Of a DNA stretch of 64,000 nt, positions 29,725 to 39,538 are shown one piece after another. The DNA is from Deltaproteobacteria bacterium (lineage in GTDB: Bacteria; Desulfobacterota; DSM-4660; Desulfatiglandales; HGW-15). The stretch is taken from positions 138 to 64,137 of the forward strand of contig JAFGGA010000160.1 in the NCBI GenBank assembly GCA_016930835.1. The letters run 5' to 3'. Every line of letters starts with the position of its first letter. Position 1 is the first letter of the stretch. Position numbers and translations under genes: made by a program. The notes below the pieces were generated by a model, which worked only from the letters and a program-made list of their open reading frames with translations, was not told the origin of the DNA and ran no database searches.

Positions 29725-30957
29725 ATGATCAAACCGATCCGTATCCTTAGGATCATCGCCCGACTCAACATCGGTGGTCCGGCTATTCAGGCCATCTCTC
29801 TCACGCGCGAATTATCCAACGATCTTCATAAAACCCTACTTGTCTGCGGTAATGTGGGTCCTGATGAAGGTGACATGATATATCTGGCACAAGAGCAAGG
29901 GGTTAAGCCCCTTCTCATCCCGGAACTGGGGAGAGAGATCTCCTTTACGGAGGATATCCGATGCTTTTTCAGGATACGCGAAATCATCAAACATTTTCGA
30001 CCGGACATCATCCATACCCACACCGCAAAAGCTGGCTCGCTTGGCCGCCTAGCCGCCTTGAGTCTGATCTTCATTAACCGTGGCCGCTTTAAGGACATTC
30101 GATTGGTTCACACATTTCATGGACACATTTTTCATGATTATTTCAGCAAAGCAAAAACAACCGTATTTATCCTTATTGAAAAATTCTTATCTCGATTTAC
30201 GGATCGTATTATTGTGATCAGTCCTCTTCAAAAACAGGATATCTGCAATAAATACGGGATAGCTGATCCACGAAAGGTCTCAGTTATTCCATTGGGATTT
30301 GATCTGAACCGCTTCATCATAGACAATCCGGGGAAAAACATTAGAGAAAAATATTTACCGCATCAATCCAAAAATGTGCTACTGGTAGGGATCATCGGCC
30401 GGTTGACCCGGATAAAAAATCACCATATGTTTTTAGACGCGGTGAAAATCCTAAAGGATAATGGAAGGATAAATCATTTCAAATTTCTAATTATAGGAGA
30501 CGGCGAGTTAAAACAGGAACTTATGCGGTATGCCGTTGAATCGGGGATACAAGATGTTGTTTCCTTTCCAGGCTGGCAAAAGGATATGCCCGACCTTTAT
30601 GGCGCTTTGGATGTGGTGGTGATTACATCACTGAATGAAGGGACCCCCGTGACCCTTATTGAATCCATGGCCTCGGGCAAACCGGTTATAGCGACCGATG
30701 TGGGAGGGGTACCGGATCTTTTAGGTTTTGAAGGCGACCGGATTTCGGATCATTTTGTATTAGCACCGTATGGCATCCTTGTTCCCTCCGGGAATGCCGG
30801 AATGCTGGCAAAGGCCCTGATTTTTGTTCTGGAACATCAAGACCTTATACAAAGGAAATCCAAGCAAGCCAAGGATTTTGTTTTTAAGCGCTTTACCATA
30901 AAACGTCTGGTCAGTGACATGAAGTCGTCTTATTCTGAGTTGATGAATTGTTCATGA
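29725..30957 (+). CDS. Glycosyltransferase family 4 (GT-B)
   Basis: Contains ILRIIARLNIGGPAIQ, HTHTAKAG and SLNEGTPVTLIESMASGKPVIATDVGGVPDLL. Confidence 0.85.
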   Translation: MIKPIRILRIIARLNIGGPAIQAISLTRELSNDLHKTLLVCGNVGPDEGDMIYLAQEQGVKPLLIPELGREISFTEDIRCFFRIREIIKHFRPDIIHTHTAKAGSLGRLAALSLIFINRGRFKDIRLVHTFHGHIFHDYFSKAKTTVFILIEKFLSRFTDRIIVISPLQKQDICNKYGIADPRKVSVIPLGFDLNRFIIDNPGKNIREKYLPHQSKNVLLVGIIGRLTRIKNHHMFLDAVKILKDNGRINHFKFLIIGDGELKQELMRYAVESGIQDVVSFPGWQKDMPDLYGALDVVVITSLNEGTPVTLIESMASGKPVIATDVGGVPDLLGFEGDRISDHFVLAPYGILVPSGNAGMLAKALIFVLEHQDLIQRKSKQAKDFVFKRFTIKRLVSDMKSSYSELMNCS

Positions 30958-30987
30958 GATCACCGGTCTTCATCCGGCAGGCTGAAA

Positions 30988-32838
30988 ATGATGAGCAAAA
31001 TGGAAATCATACCAATATATTATTATCTAATATGCTTCTTAGGGAGCTTTTTGCTATCTCTGGGGCTAACTCCCCTTGTGAGGCAGTTTGCCATCAAGAC
31101 GAATCGGATAGCCATACCCAAAGATAACCGTTGGCATAAAAAAGAAACCGCCCTTCTGGGAGGGATAGCGATATTTACATCATTCATGATGACCTGGATC
31201 ATTGCGGTCCACGGTCTTGATTGGTCTATATACGGCAAACCCTATCTTCCCATTATTCTCTGCGCCGCTGCCATATTTGCATTGGGTCTAGCCGATGATG
31301 TTTTCAATATGGTCCCACAACACAAGTTGGTCGGTCAAATTATCATTGCCTCTATAGTCATCATCTTAGGATTCAGACTCAACTGGACCGATTCAAAAAC
31401 CATCAATCTTTTTATTTCCATAATATGGCTGGTGGGTATCACCAACGCCTTTAATCTGCTTGACAATATGGATGGCCTCTCCGCGGGGATCGCCTTCATT
31501 GCGGCCTTGTTTTTATTTTTGATCTATTTTCAAAGTCAACCCATAACCACGAATACAACATCCATCATGCTGATGAGCGCCCTTTATGCCGGTGCGATCC
31601 TGGGTTTTTTAATCTACAATTTCAATCCCGCCTCAATCTTCATGGGCGATGCGGGAAGCCTTTTCCTCGGCTTTATGCTGGCCTGTATGACGGGCATTCA
31701 TGATACGGATCCATCGATTGGCCTGAATCCCCGTGATTTATTGTCCATTATCGCCATTCCCATCATGATCCTTTTCATCCCTATAGTGGATACCGGTTTT
31801 GTAAGCCTTATGCGCAAATTATTTAGAAGGCCGATCTCTCAGGGGGGACGGGACCATTCATCGCACCGCATGGTGGCCATAGGATTCTCCGAAAGAAAGG
31901 CTGTCTTAATACTCTATGCTTTTGCCGCCATATCAGCCATGATAGCCCTGATGACCCGCTATTTGAGCGTGGGAACCAGCCTGGTCATGATAGCGCTATT
32001 CCTTTTGTTATCCGTCTTCTTCTGGGTCTACCTGGCAAAAGTGAAGGTATACCCGGAAGATTCCATCCTCTCAGGGAATGGTCCGTCCGTCATTACACCC
32101 ATATTAATAGACATAACCTATAGAAGAAGGCTTTTTGAAGTGGTTCTGGATCTGGTTCTCATCACCATAGCCTACTACACATCATACCTACTTCGATTTG
32201 AAGGACATTTAGCCGGCGATTTCGCCATTTTCATTAAATCATTACCCATCGTGATTGGATGTCAGATCTTTTCATTGTTTATTATGGGTGTTTACAGAGG
32301 AGTGTGGACCAGCACCAGTCTGAGCGATTTAATGAATTTTTTTAGAGCCATTACCCTGGGAACCATCATGGCCGTACTGATTTTACTTTTCATCTACCGT
32401 TTTGAAAGTTTTTCAAGGGCCGTGTTTGTCATCTATTGGTTTTTGATGCTCATCTTCATCCCCCTTCCAAGACTTTTTTTTCGGCTATTGGATGAAGGCA
32501 TTCGAAGAGGAACACAAAAGGGCAAACCCACGCTCATCTACGGCACTGGTTCCGGCGGGCAAATCACCATGCGGGAAATCGAAGCAAACCGTGACCTGGG
32601 ATTATCTCTTGTGGGTTTCATGGATGACAATCCAAGAACGCATCGGACAAAAATACATCGTTACCCGGTCTTGGGTGGCCAAGAGGATTTGATAAATATT
32701 ATCAGGAAAAACCATATTCAAGAGATCATCATATCATTCAATAAGGATAGCCTGTTCAAGAAGAAGATCATTAGTAAATTATGCGCCAATCTTGGACTTG
32801 AAGTTCAGGTTCGACGTATGAAGTTGATTATTCATTAG
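30988..32838 (+). CDS. WecA/MraY-family polyprenyl-phosphate N-acetylhexosamine-1-phosphate transferase with an extra C-terminal TM + Rossmann-like module
   Basis: aa 1-~340 carry ADDVFNM, NAFNLLDNMDGL and FMGDAGSLFLGF. aa ~370-616 have four more TM segments (YRGVWTSTSLSDL) followed by TLIYGTGSGGQITMREI and GFMDDNPRTHRTKIHRYPVLGG. These resemble the N-terminal region of CapD/PglF/WbpM-type proteins. Confidence 0.8.
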   Translation: MMSKMEIIPIYYYLICFLGSFLLSLGLTPLVRQFAIKTNRIAIPKDNRWHKKETALLGGIAIFTSFMMTWIIAVHGLDWSIYGKPYLPIILCAAAIFALGLADDVFNMVPQHKLVGQIIIASIVIILGFRLNWTDSKTINLFISIIWLVGITNAFNLLDNMDGLSAGIAFIAALFLFLIYFQSQPITTNTTSIMLMSALYAGAILGFLIYNFNPASIFMGDAGSLFLGFMLACMTGIHDTDPSIGLNPRDLLSIIAIPIMILFIPIVDTGFVSLMRKLFRRPISQGGRDHSSHRMVAIGFSERKAVLILYAFAAISAMIALMTRYLSVGTSLVMIALFLLLSVFFWVYLAKVKVYPEDSILSGNGPSVITPILIDITYRRRLFEVVLDLVLITIAYYTSYLLRFEGHLAGDFAIFIKSLPIVIGCQIFSLFIMGVYRGVWTSTSLSDLMNFFRAITLGTIMAVLILLFIYRFESFSRAVFVIYWFLMLIFIPLPRLFFRLLDEGIRRGTQKGKPTLIYGTGSGGQITMREIEANRDLGLSLVGFMDDNPRTHRTKIHRYPVLGGQEDLINIIRKNHIQEIIISFNKDSLFKKKIISKLCANLGLEVQVRRMKLIIH

Positions 32839-32852
32839 ATGAAAGTCGGGAC

Positions 32853-34673
32853 ATGCTGGATCGTATTTTAGGAAAAGACATTGCCCATTATGTGATGGAT
32901 CACCGGGCCCTCTTGATCTGTGCCATCATTCTTTCAACCATCTCGGCATTCTTTTTGGTTGTACCCGCTTATCTGCTACCCCCTTTTGCCGATGAAGCCA
33001 TGAAAAATGCCTCTGAGCCCACCGCCTTTAAGATCCCATGGATCGCATTTGAGTCGGGTTCACTGTTTTCCTGGCATCGCACGGAGCTTGTCCTCATCGA
33101 TAATATCTCACCGGATCGGCTTTTGATCCTTCTCTCTACTATCGCGTTTTTTTCCATCCTTTTTAAATCCATCACCGTTTATCTGGGCCAATTAGCCGCG
33201 GCAGCGTTTTCCAACAGGGCTATCCTTTCTTTAAGAAGAGATCTATACAACCAATTCATCTCCCTCCCTCTTGGATTTTACCACAAGCAAAAAACCGGAA
33301 CGCTTATTTCCAGGGCCACCGCGGATCTGACGGTCATGCAGGAGCGTATCGCCAATATCATCATCGGCCTGGTTCAACATCCTTTGACGGCCTTGATTTT
33401 CCTTTTCTATCTCCTGATGATGAATTATCGGCTTACTTTACTGGTTTTCTTGTCCGCCCCTCTGATTATCGGACTCATTCGGCTCTTCGGCGGGAAGGTT
33501 AAAAAACACTCTACGAGAGTTCAAGACGGTATCGCCCTGGTCACATCAGCCTATCAAGAGACCCTGCTTTTACTTAAAATCATACAGGGATTCTGCATCA
33601 CGGACCGTCAATCCAAAAAATTCCATGATCTGATCAGTCAACTTTACAAAAAAGTCATGCATTGGAACCGATGGTTTCTGGGTCTTGGCCCTTTTATGGA
33701 TTCTACGACCATTGTCATTGTGCTGGTGGTTATCGTCATCGGAAAAACATATTTTAACCATACACTGGGTGAGATCATAGCGATGTTCTACGCATTTCAA
33801 GGGATATATAACCCCATAAAAAATCTCGCCAAGGTGAACAATGAATTGCGGACCTTACAAGGGGCCACTGAACGCGTCTTCGGGATCATCAAGACCACAC
33901 CTGAAATCCAGGACCGACCCGGTGCAATGGTCCTTCCCAGACTCCGAAAGTCCATTGAATTCAAAAATGTGTATTTCTCTTATGATCCGGAGATTCCCAT
34001 CCTCAAAGATATTTCCTTTCAGGTGGAAGCCGGTCAAATGGTCGCCTTTGTAGGTTCCACGGGGGCCGGGAAGAGCACCATACTGGATCTGATCCCCCGG
34101 TTTTATGATGTAAACGAAGGGAGCATCACCATTGACGGAACGGATATCCGAGATGTAACCATCGAGTCCTTACGCAAACAAATAGGAATCGTCAGCCAGG
34201 AAGTATTACTCTTTCACGATACGATAGCCAATAACATTACCTGTGGTGCTGATGGACAAGGTGAAGAGCGGATACGAAAGGCCGCCAAGTCAGCCCACGC
34301 CCATGATTTCATCATGGCTCAACCTGCGGGTTATGAAACCATAGTCGGTGATCGTGGGACCCTCCTTTCCGGAGGACAAAGGCAACGCATCTCTATAGCC
34401 AGGGCCATTTATGCAGACCCGACGATCCTGCTGCTGGATGAAGTGGCCTCAGCCTTGGATGCGGAAAGCGAGGGGTTGGTTGAAGAGGCTATTGGACAAT
34501 TGAAAGGAAATCGGACCATATTGGTCGTGGCGCACCGTTTGAACACCATCCGTGAAGCCGACCGGATCTATGTCATCGAAGGAGGAATGATTGTGGAATC
34601 CGGAAGCCATAAAGACCTGCTAGAACGTAATGGACGATTCCGCCAATTATATGATCTACAATTTGGGGCCTGA
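32853..34673 (+). CDS. ABC exporter, MsbA-like (lipid A/LPS-core flippase family)
   Basis: 606 aa. A six-TM domain is followed by an NBD with Walker A GSTGAGKST, signature LSGGQRQRISIARAI and Walker B ILLLDE. Confidence 0.85.
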   Translation: MLDRILGKDIAHYVMDHRALLICAIILSTISAFFLVVPAYLLPPFADEAMKNASEPTAFKIPWIAFESGSLFSWHRTELVLIDNISPDRLLILLSTIAFFSILFKSITVYLGQLAAAAFSNRAILSLRRDLYNQFISLPLGFYHKQKTGTLISRATADLTVMQERIANIIIGLVQHPLTALIFLFYLLMMNYRLTLLVFLSAPLIIGLIRLFGGKVKKHSTRVQDGIALVTSAYQETLLLLKIIQGFCITDRQSKKFHDLISQLYKKVMHWNRWFLGLGPFMDSTTIVIVLVVIVIGKTYFNHTLGEIIAMFYAFQGIYNPIKNLAKVNNELRTLQGATERVFGIIKTTPEIQDRPGAMVLPRLRKSIEFKNVYFSYDPEIPILKDISFQVEAGQMVAFVGSTGAGKSTILDLIPRFYDVNEGSITIDGTDIRDVTIESLRKQIGIVSQEVLLFHDTIANNITCGADGQGEERIRKAAKSAHAHDFIMAQPAGYETIVGDRGTLLSGGQRQRISIARAIYADPTILLLDEVASALDAESEGLVEEAIGQLKGNRTILVVAHRLNTIREADRIYVIEGGMIVESGSHKDLLERNGRFRQLYDLQFGA

Positions 34674-34803
34674 TTTTTCGTACCCATCATTTTAATCTTT
34701 GCCCATCATGAATTGCAGAATCTTTTAATGAGTTTCACCGCGCTGTCAGCTTGAGGTATTCAGCGGTCAACCCGAAATCGAATCCTTTCTCCCAATCCGC
34801 CCT

Positions 34804-35079
34804 TCAAGTCTTGATCTTCTCTTCGACCTCTTTCAAAGAGAGACCATGAATCCGAATGCGCTTGAGTCTGGAACTTTCTCCCGAAACAATCTCAACATCC
34901 CTCCTTGGTTTCCCCAGTTTTTTAGCCAATAACTCGATCAGTGCGGCATTGGCCTTGCCGTCCACAGGCGGAGATGTCACTTTGATCTTATAGATATCAC
35001 ATTCTTTACTTACGATCTGATTTCTTGAAGATCTCGGAAGGAGTCTTACTTGAATATCGGTTTGCGTATCATCAGTCAT
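34804..35079 (-). CDS. DUF167 (YggU) family protein
   Basis: 91 aa. VTSPPVDGKANAALIELLAKKLGKPRRDVEIVSGESSRLKRIRI is typical of YggU. Confidence 0.8.
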   Translation of the reverse strand: MTDDTQTDIQVRLLPRSSRNQIVSKECDIYKIKVTSPPVDGKANAALIELLAKKLGKPRRDVEIVSGESSRLKRIRIHGLSLKEVEEKIKT

Positions 35080-35113
35080 GAGTAAAGAGATGGGTCATTT
35101 GAAAAGAAGAAGG

Positions 35114-35425
35114 TCAACCCAGACGCTGGGCAAACTGGATCAGACTCCGCACAATAAAAGTCTGAACAAATACTATGGCTAAAATAACAATAATCGGCGA
35201 GAAATCGATTCCGCCGAAATGAATGGGCAATCGGCGTCTGATGGGATAGAGGACCGGTTCGGTCACTGAATTGAGAAACCGGACAATGGGATTATAAGGA
35301 TCCAGATTTACCCACGAGATAACGGCCCTGGCAATAATCACAAACATATAAAAGGTCAGAGCCATATCAAGGATCTTGGCCAAGGCATCTAAAAAATTGG
35401 CTACGATAAACATAATCACTCCCAA
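35114..35425 (-). CDS. yggT: YggT family membrane protein
   Basis: 103 aa with two or three TM segments. It has the IIARAVISWV block and a conserved proline-rich loop (NPIVRFLNSVTEPVLYPIRR). Confidence 0.8.
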   Translation of the reverse strand: MGVIMFIVANFLDALAKILDMALTFYMFVIIARAVISWVNLDPYNPIVRFLNSVTEPVLYPIRRRLPIHFGGIDFSPIIVILAIVFVQTFIVRSLIQFAQRLG

Positions 35426-35499
35426 AATTGGTCAATTCCCTGTTTTTTATTTAATAATAATCCGGCTCTCTAGAGCGGGATTGTTAAACAAAAAAATAG

Positions 35500-35893
35500 T
35501 TAGAGCAGGACATAAGCCGGGTTCTGTTTCTCAAGGTCGGCCCAAACCGAACTTAAGACGATGACCATTCATCTAGCCTTGATGTTGCCATCAAGATCCA
35601 GCAACCTACCCGGGAACTCGGGCGGACCACCCTCAAACTTCCCTTATTTGGTCTTGCTCCGGGCGGGGTTTACCTTGCTCCTGTCGTCACCGCCAGGACG
35701 GTGAGCCCTTACCTCACCTTTTCACCCTTACCTTCATGAGGGCTGGGTAGCCGACTCATAAGGCGGTATCCTTTCTGTTGCACTTTCCTTCTCGTCACCG
35801 AGACTGGGGATTACCCAGCGCCCTGTCCTGTGGAGCCCGGACTTTCCTCCCCTTTGCCGAACAGCAAAGCAGCGGTCATCCGTCCTGCTCTAA
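35500..35893 (-). ncRNA. rnpB: RNase P RNA, bacterial type A
   Basis: The minus strand carries the conserved blocks GGGGAGGAAAGTCCGGGCTCCACAGG, AGTGCAACAGAAAGGATACCGCC, GGTAAGGGTGAAAAGGTGAGGTAAGGGCTCACCG and GGTAAACCCCGCCCGGAGCAAGACCAAATAAGG. It also carries CCCGGGTAGGTTGCT, GGCTAGATGAATG and ACAGAACCCGGCTTAT. The terminal helix P1 pairs AGAGCAGGAC (complement of 35882-35891) with GTCCTGCTCT (complement of 35502-35511). A T-run follows the 3' end. End coordinates are +/- a few nt. Confidence 0.95.
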
Positions 35894-36625
35894 CGTATGG
35901 ATAGCATCCCTGAAAAACTCATCATCCGCCCAATAAATAATCCTGTTACAATGGGGGCAATTCAATAATGAGCCACATTTTTGCAGCTCAATAAATTGTT
36001 GCGGTGGAATTCCTATGTGACATGATTGGCAAACCCCACTCTTTATGGCGCTCATGGCCTGTCCACCTTTTTTATCCCTAAGAAAAAGATATGTCCTAAG
36101 GAGGTCCTGGTCAACCTCTTGCACAAAAATTTCCCTCTTATTCTCCAATATCCCGGATTCTCTCACCAGATCTACTAGATCCTTCTCGATAGAATCCTTG
36201 TCCCGGTTGAATTTTTCTTTAAGGCCTTCATATTCGCCATTATTTTGACGAATTTTCGTTTCTAAATCTTCAACCTCCTCCATGATCTGAATCAATCGGT
36301 CCTCTTTGATGGATTTTTCCCGGTTAAGATCATCAATCTCCTTCAAAGCGGATCGATATTCTTTATTGGATTTGATGTTATTCAGTTTAATCTGGCTTTT
36401 TTCGATCTTCCGATCAATGTCCTGTACATCGTTTTCAATGGCGTGTCTTTCCTTTTTCAGGATTTCAAGCTTGTTTTTGGCGCCACTATATCTCTCTTCG
36501 TGACTATTTAATTCAGCCTCCAACTCCTTGATCCTCTGGGGCCCTTGTTTTTTCTTAATGTTTATTTCTTTAATCCTATTGTCAAAATATTGAAGCCTGA
36601 TAAGGCTGACTATTTTATCTTTCAA
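35876..36625 (-). CDS. C4-type zinc-ribbon / coiled-coil protein (DUF164, COG1579 family)
   Basis: 249 aa. A long heptad-rich region is followed by C-terminal CQSCHIGIPPQQ...CPHCNRIIYW. Confidence 0.8.
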   Translation of the reverse strand: MKDKIVSLIRLQYFDNRIKEINIKKKQGPQRIKELEAELNSHEERYSGAKNKLEILKKERHAIENDVQDIDRKIEKSQIKLNNIKSNKEYRSALKEIDDLNREKSIKEDRLIQIMEEVEDLETKIRQNNGEYEGLKEKFNRDKDSIEKDLVDLVRESGILENKREIFVQEVDQDLLRTYLFLRDKKGGQAMSAIKSGVCQSCHIGIPPQQFIELQKCGSLLNCPHCNRIIYWADDEFFRDAIHTLEQDG

Positions 36626-36662
36626 TCTTTTATCCTTTCATGGTTATTTTTCTTGGAATGGG

Positions 36663-37472
36663 TTATTGTTCCCTCATGGGCGCTTTTTCGTCATGATCAA
36701 TCTCCACTACCACGCCCCAGCCTTTTGCCGACAATTTTTCTTTGAAACGATCAGCAAACAGCCTGATGGCCGCTTTTTCAGTGAAAAAATGACCAGCATC
36801 CATCAATGCTAGATTGAGCGATTCTGCCTCCAATGCTTCATGGTGACCTATATCTCCGGTCACGAGGAGGTCCGCCCCCTTTTCCGATGCCCTTGCTATC
36901 AAACTACCTCCCGATCCGCCCACCACGGCTATCCGCTTGACGACCAGGTCATCATTCCCGAGAACGCGAACGACTTTACATCCAAGCACGCGCTTGGCCA
37001 GGTCGATGAAAGCGGTCAAACTTGTGGGCTCCTTGAGAGATCCGATACGACCCAAACCCACGCTATGATTTTCAGACGAATCTTCGATGTCGAGTATCTC
37101 CGGATGATCAAGTTCCAACAGATCGGCCAGCATATCATTAATCCCCCCCCAGGCCACGTCCAGGTTGGTGTGAACCGCTATGACGGCGATATCATTTTTT
37201 ATGGCCGCAACGATCACGCTCCCGGGGTAGGCATGATAATTGATTTGCGACAGCGATTTGAAAATAAGGGGATGATGCGTGAGCAATAATTGGGCATTTT
37301 TTTCTGAGGCGTTCATCAGGTTATCCATTGTTGGATCGAGCGCGAAAAAAATCCGATGGATCTCCTTTGATAAATCACCCACCTGAAGACCGGCGTTATC
37401 CCATCCGGCCATATGGCTGAATGGGGCTATTTCATTCAATAAATTCAAGATATCGTTAAGTGTGGGAGACAA
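36663..37472 (-). CDS. Nif3-like dinuclear metal centre protein (YqfO/YbgI family)
   Basis: Contains WDNAGLQVGD, LLLTHHPLIF, IAVHTNLD and a C-terminal GDIGHHEAL...AGHFFTE. Confidence 0.9.
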   Translation of the reverse strand: MSPTLNDILNLLNEIAPFSHMAGWDNAGLQVGDLSKEIHRIFFALDPTMDNLMNASEKNAQLLLTHHPLIFKSLSQINYHAYPGSVIVAAIKNDIAVIAVHTNLDVAWGGINDMLADLLELDHPEILDIEDSSENHSVGLGRIGSLKEPTSLTAFIDLAKRVLGCKVVRVLGNDDLVVKRIAVVGGSGGSLIARASEKGADLLVTGDIGHHEALEAESLNLALMDAGHFFTEKAAIRLFADRFKEKLSAKGWGVVVEIDHDEKAPMREQ

Positions 37473-37510
37473 TATTTTCTCGTGTCTAAAGTTTGCTAAA
37501 AACCATCCAT

Positions 37511-37541
37511 AAAAAAAGGCGCCATTTCAGCGCCTTTTTTT
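37511..37541 (-). terminator. Rho-independent terminator-like hairpin downstream of tRNA-Met (bidirectional shape)
   Basis: AAAAAAA-GGCGC-CATTTCA-GCGCC-TTTTTTT: a 5-bp GC stem (37518-37522 / 37530-37534) flanked by an A-run and a T-run, so a U-tract follows on either strand. Confidence 0.6.
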
Positions 37542-37618
37542 GAATGATTAACCTGGTTCTCGTGATTGATTTAGGTATTTCAATAAACTCAAATCCATAA
37601 TGAACGAATAAAGTCTGA

Positions 37619-37691
37619 TGGGCCCACCTGGATTCGAACCAGGGACCGACCGGTTATGAGCCGGTGGCTCTACCAGCTGAGCTATAGGCCC
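37619..37691 (-). tRNA. tRNA-Met (anticodon CAT); elongator type, tRNA-Ile2 (lysidine) not excluded
   Basis: The minus strand folds as a cloverleaf: GGGCCTA TA GCTC AGCTGGTA GAGC C ACCGG CTCATAA CCGGT CGGTC CCTGG TTCGAAT CCAGG TGGGCCC A. CCA is not encoded. It lacks the initiator features (no GGG/CCC in the anticodon stem, and 1-72 is paired). Confidence 0.9.
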
Positions 37692-37774
37692 GTTTGTCTT
37701 CATGAAAAATTTGTTGATTAACATGCAGATACACGCATCAATTGTCAAGAAAAAATCCTCGAGCAAGCACCTAT

Positions 37775-39538
37775 TTATTTTTCCAAAAAGCTTTTCAATT
37801 TTCGACTCCTGCTGGGATGTCGAAGTTTTCTTAGCGCCTTTGCCTCTATTTGCCTGATTCTTTCCCGGGTCACATTAAAATCACGCCCTACTTCTTCAAG
37901 GGTATGATCCGATTTCTCACCGATCCCGAATCTCATTCTCAGGACCTTTTCCTCTCTTGGTGTTAGAGAAGTCAGCACCTTCCTGGTTTGTTCGCCCAAA
38001 TTATGGTTCACAACGGCCTCACCCGGTGAAATAACCTTTTTATCCTCTATAAAATCTCCCAGGTGACTGTCCTCTTCCTCTCCTATGGGTGTCTCCAGAG
38101 ATATGGGCTCCTTAGCAATCTTCAAGACTTTTCGAACCTTTTCCAAAGGAAACTCCATCTTCTCCGCGATCTCTTCCGGGGTCGGCTCGCGGCCATGCTC
38201 CTGAACCAGATATCTGGATGTCCTTATGAGCTTGTTAATGGTCTCAATCATATGAACCGGAATTCGAATGGTCCGGGCTTGATCCGCGATTGCCCGGGTG
38301 ATAGCCTGTCTGATCCACCAAGTGGCATAGGTGCTGAATTTATAACCCCTCTGATATTCAAATTTCTCAACCGCCTTCATAAGACCGATATTGCCTTCTT
38401 GAATGAGATCCAGAAACTGTAATCCCCTATTGGTATATTTCTTGGCAATACTGACCACAAGCCGCAAATTGGCCTGTATCAGCTCTTTTTTGGCTTCTTT
38501 GGATCTTTCAAGGCTTTCCGTTACCTTTTCAAGCGTATACCTAAGCTCCCTCTGGCTCATATTTGTCCTTAACTTGATTTCTTTTATACAAGAATCCGAA
38601 TTTTCGATTCGAGATTTCATTTTAATCAGATCACCCTTTCTAATATTAAAGGGCGCAACCAGATCATTATCTTTGGCGGTTTTCGGTATCTTGCCGCATT
38701 GCCGCTTAATCACGGAGATGGGTTTTCCGCCAGCCTTCATCATGCAATCCATGATATCTTTTTCAGCCTTTTCAAGATCCTCTACAACATCATTCAGCCG
38801 TTGAACCATCCGATCAAGCTGGTTTTTTTCAAGTTTAAAGGTGTCCACCAATTCGATAATCTTTTGATGATTCTCCACCATCTTGGCCTGGTATTTCTTT
38901 TTACTAGCAGTGGAACAGCTCTTTTTTAGAACCTCCTTTTTCAGATCATGATACTCTTCAAAAAGTCTACTGATTTCTTCCATGGTATTTAATAGGGCCT
39001 CTTTTTTCTCACCGATCTGTACCTGGGCATCCTCGTATTCCGGTTCATTAATAACATCTTTAAGTTTTATTTTTCCTTTTTTCAGTTTATTACCTAAATC
39101 AACAATATATTCAATACCTATGCAACATTTTAGAAGGGCATTTAATGTATCTTTTTCTCCCTCTTCGATCCTTTTCGCTATCTCAACTTCCCCGTCTCTT
39201 GTGAGAAGGGATATGCACCCCATTTCTTTCAAATACATCTTCACTGGATCCGAGACCCTTCCAGCGCCATCGGATCTCTCGGATTGCATGGTGTCTCTTT
39301 CCGATAATTTTTCCCGCTTCTTTTTGAGCCGTTTTGATTTCTCGATCTCCTTTTTCGCTGACTCATCAATGACCAAGATGTCCAACTCTTCAAACATCAT
39401 CATGACATCATCAATATGTTCGGAAGAGATGATATCTTCCGGCAGATCATCATTCAGCTCCTCATAGGTGATATAACCTTTATCCTTGCCAATATCGATC
39501 AATCTCTTCAGATTCACAATAGTCGTTTTGTTCTCCAT
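37775..39538 (-). CDS. rpoD: RNA polymerase primary sigma factor (sigma-70)
   Basis: 587 aa. Region 1.1 has an acidic stretch. Region 2 is [61 protein letters not shown]. Region 4 is [33 protein letters not shown]. Confidence 0.97.
   Translation of the reverse strand: MENKTTIVNLKRLIDIGKDKGYITYEELNDDLPEDIISSEHIDDVMMMFEELDILVIDESAKKEIEKSKRLKKKREKLSERDTMQSERSDGAGRVSDPVKMYLKEMGCISLLTRDGEVEIAKRIEEGEKDTLNALLKCCIGIEYIVDLGNKLKKGKIKLKDVINEPEYEDAQVQIGEKKEALLNTMEEISRLFEEYHDLKKEVLKKSCSTASKKKYQAKMVENHQKIIELVDTFKLEKNQLDRMVQRLNDVVEDLEKAEKDIMDCMMKAGGKPISVIKRQCGKIPKTAKDNDLVAPFNIRKGDLIKMKSRIENSDSCIKEIKLRTNMSQRELRYTLEKVTESLERSKEAKKELIQANLRLVVSIAKKYTNRGLQFLDLIQEGNIGLMKAVEKFEYQRGYKFSTYATWWIRQAITRAIADQARTIRIPVHMIETINKLIRTSRYLVQEHGREPTPEEIAEKMEFPLEKVRKVLKIAKEPISLETPIGEEEDSHLGDFIEDKKVISPGEAVVNHNLGEQTRKVLTSLTPREEKVLRMRFGIGEKSDHTLEEVGRDFNVTRERIRQIEAKALRKLRHPSRSRKLKSFLEK

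Noticed and set aside
37548-37766. 72-aa minus-strand ORF spanning the tRNA-Met gene, and the 62-aa + strand ORF 35376-35564 running into rnpB.
   Set aside because: Both overlap well-supported structured RNA genes. The peptide IAQLVEPPAHNRSVPGSNPGGP is the typical translation artefact of a tRNA sequence.
37692-37774. A perfect TTGACA on the minus strand upstream of tRNA-Met, considered as its promoter.
   Set aside because: No acceptable -10 hexamer lies at 16-18 nt spacing (the best, GTTAAT, is ~20 nt away). The tRNA may instead be co-transcribed with rpoD, so I did not call it.
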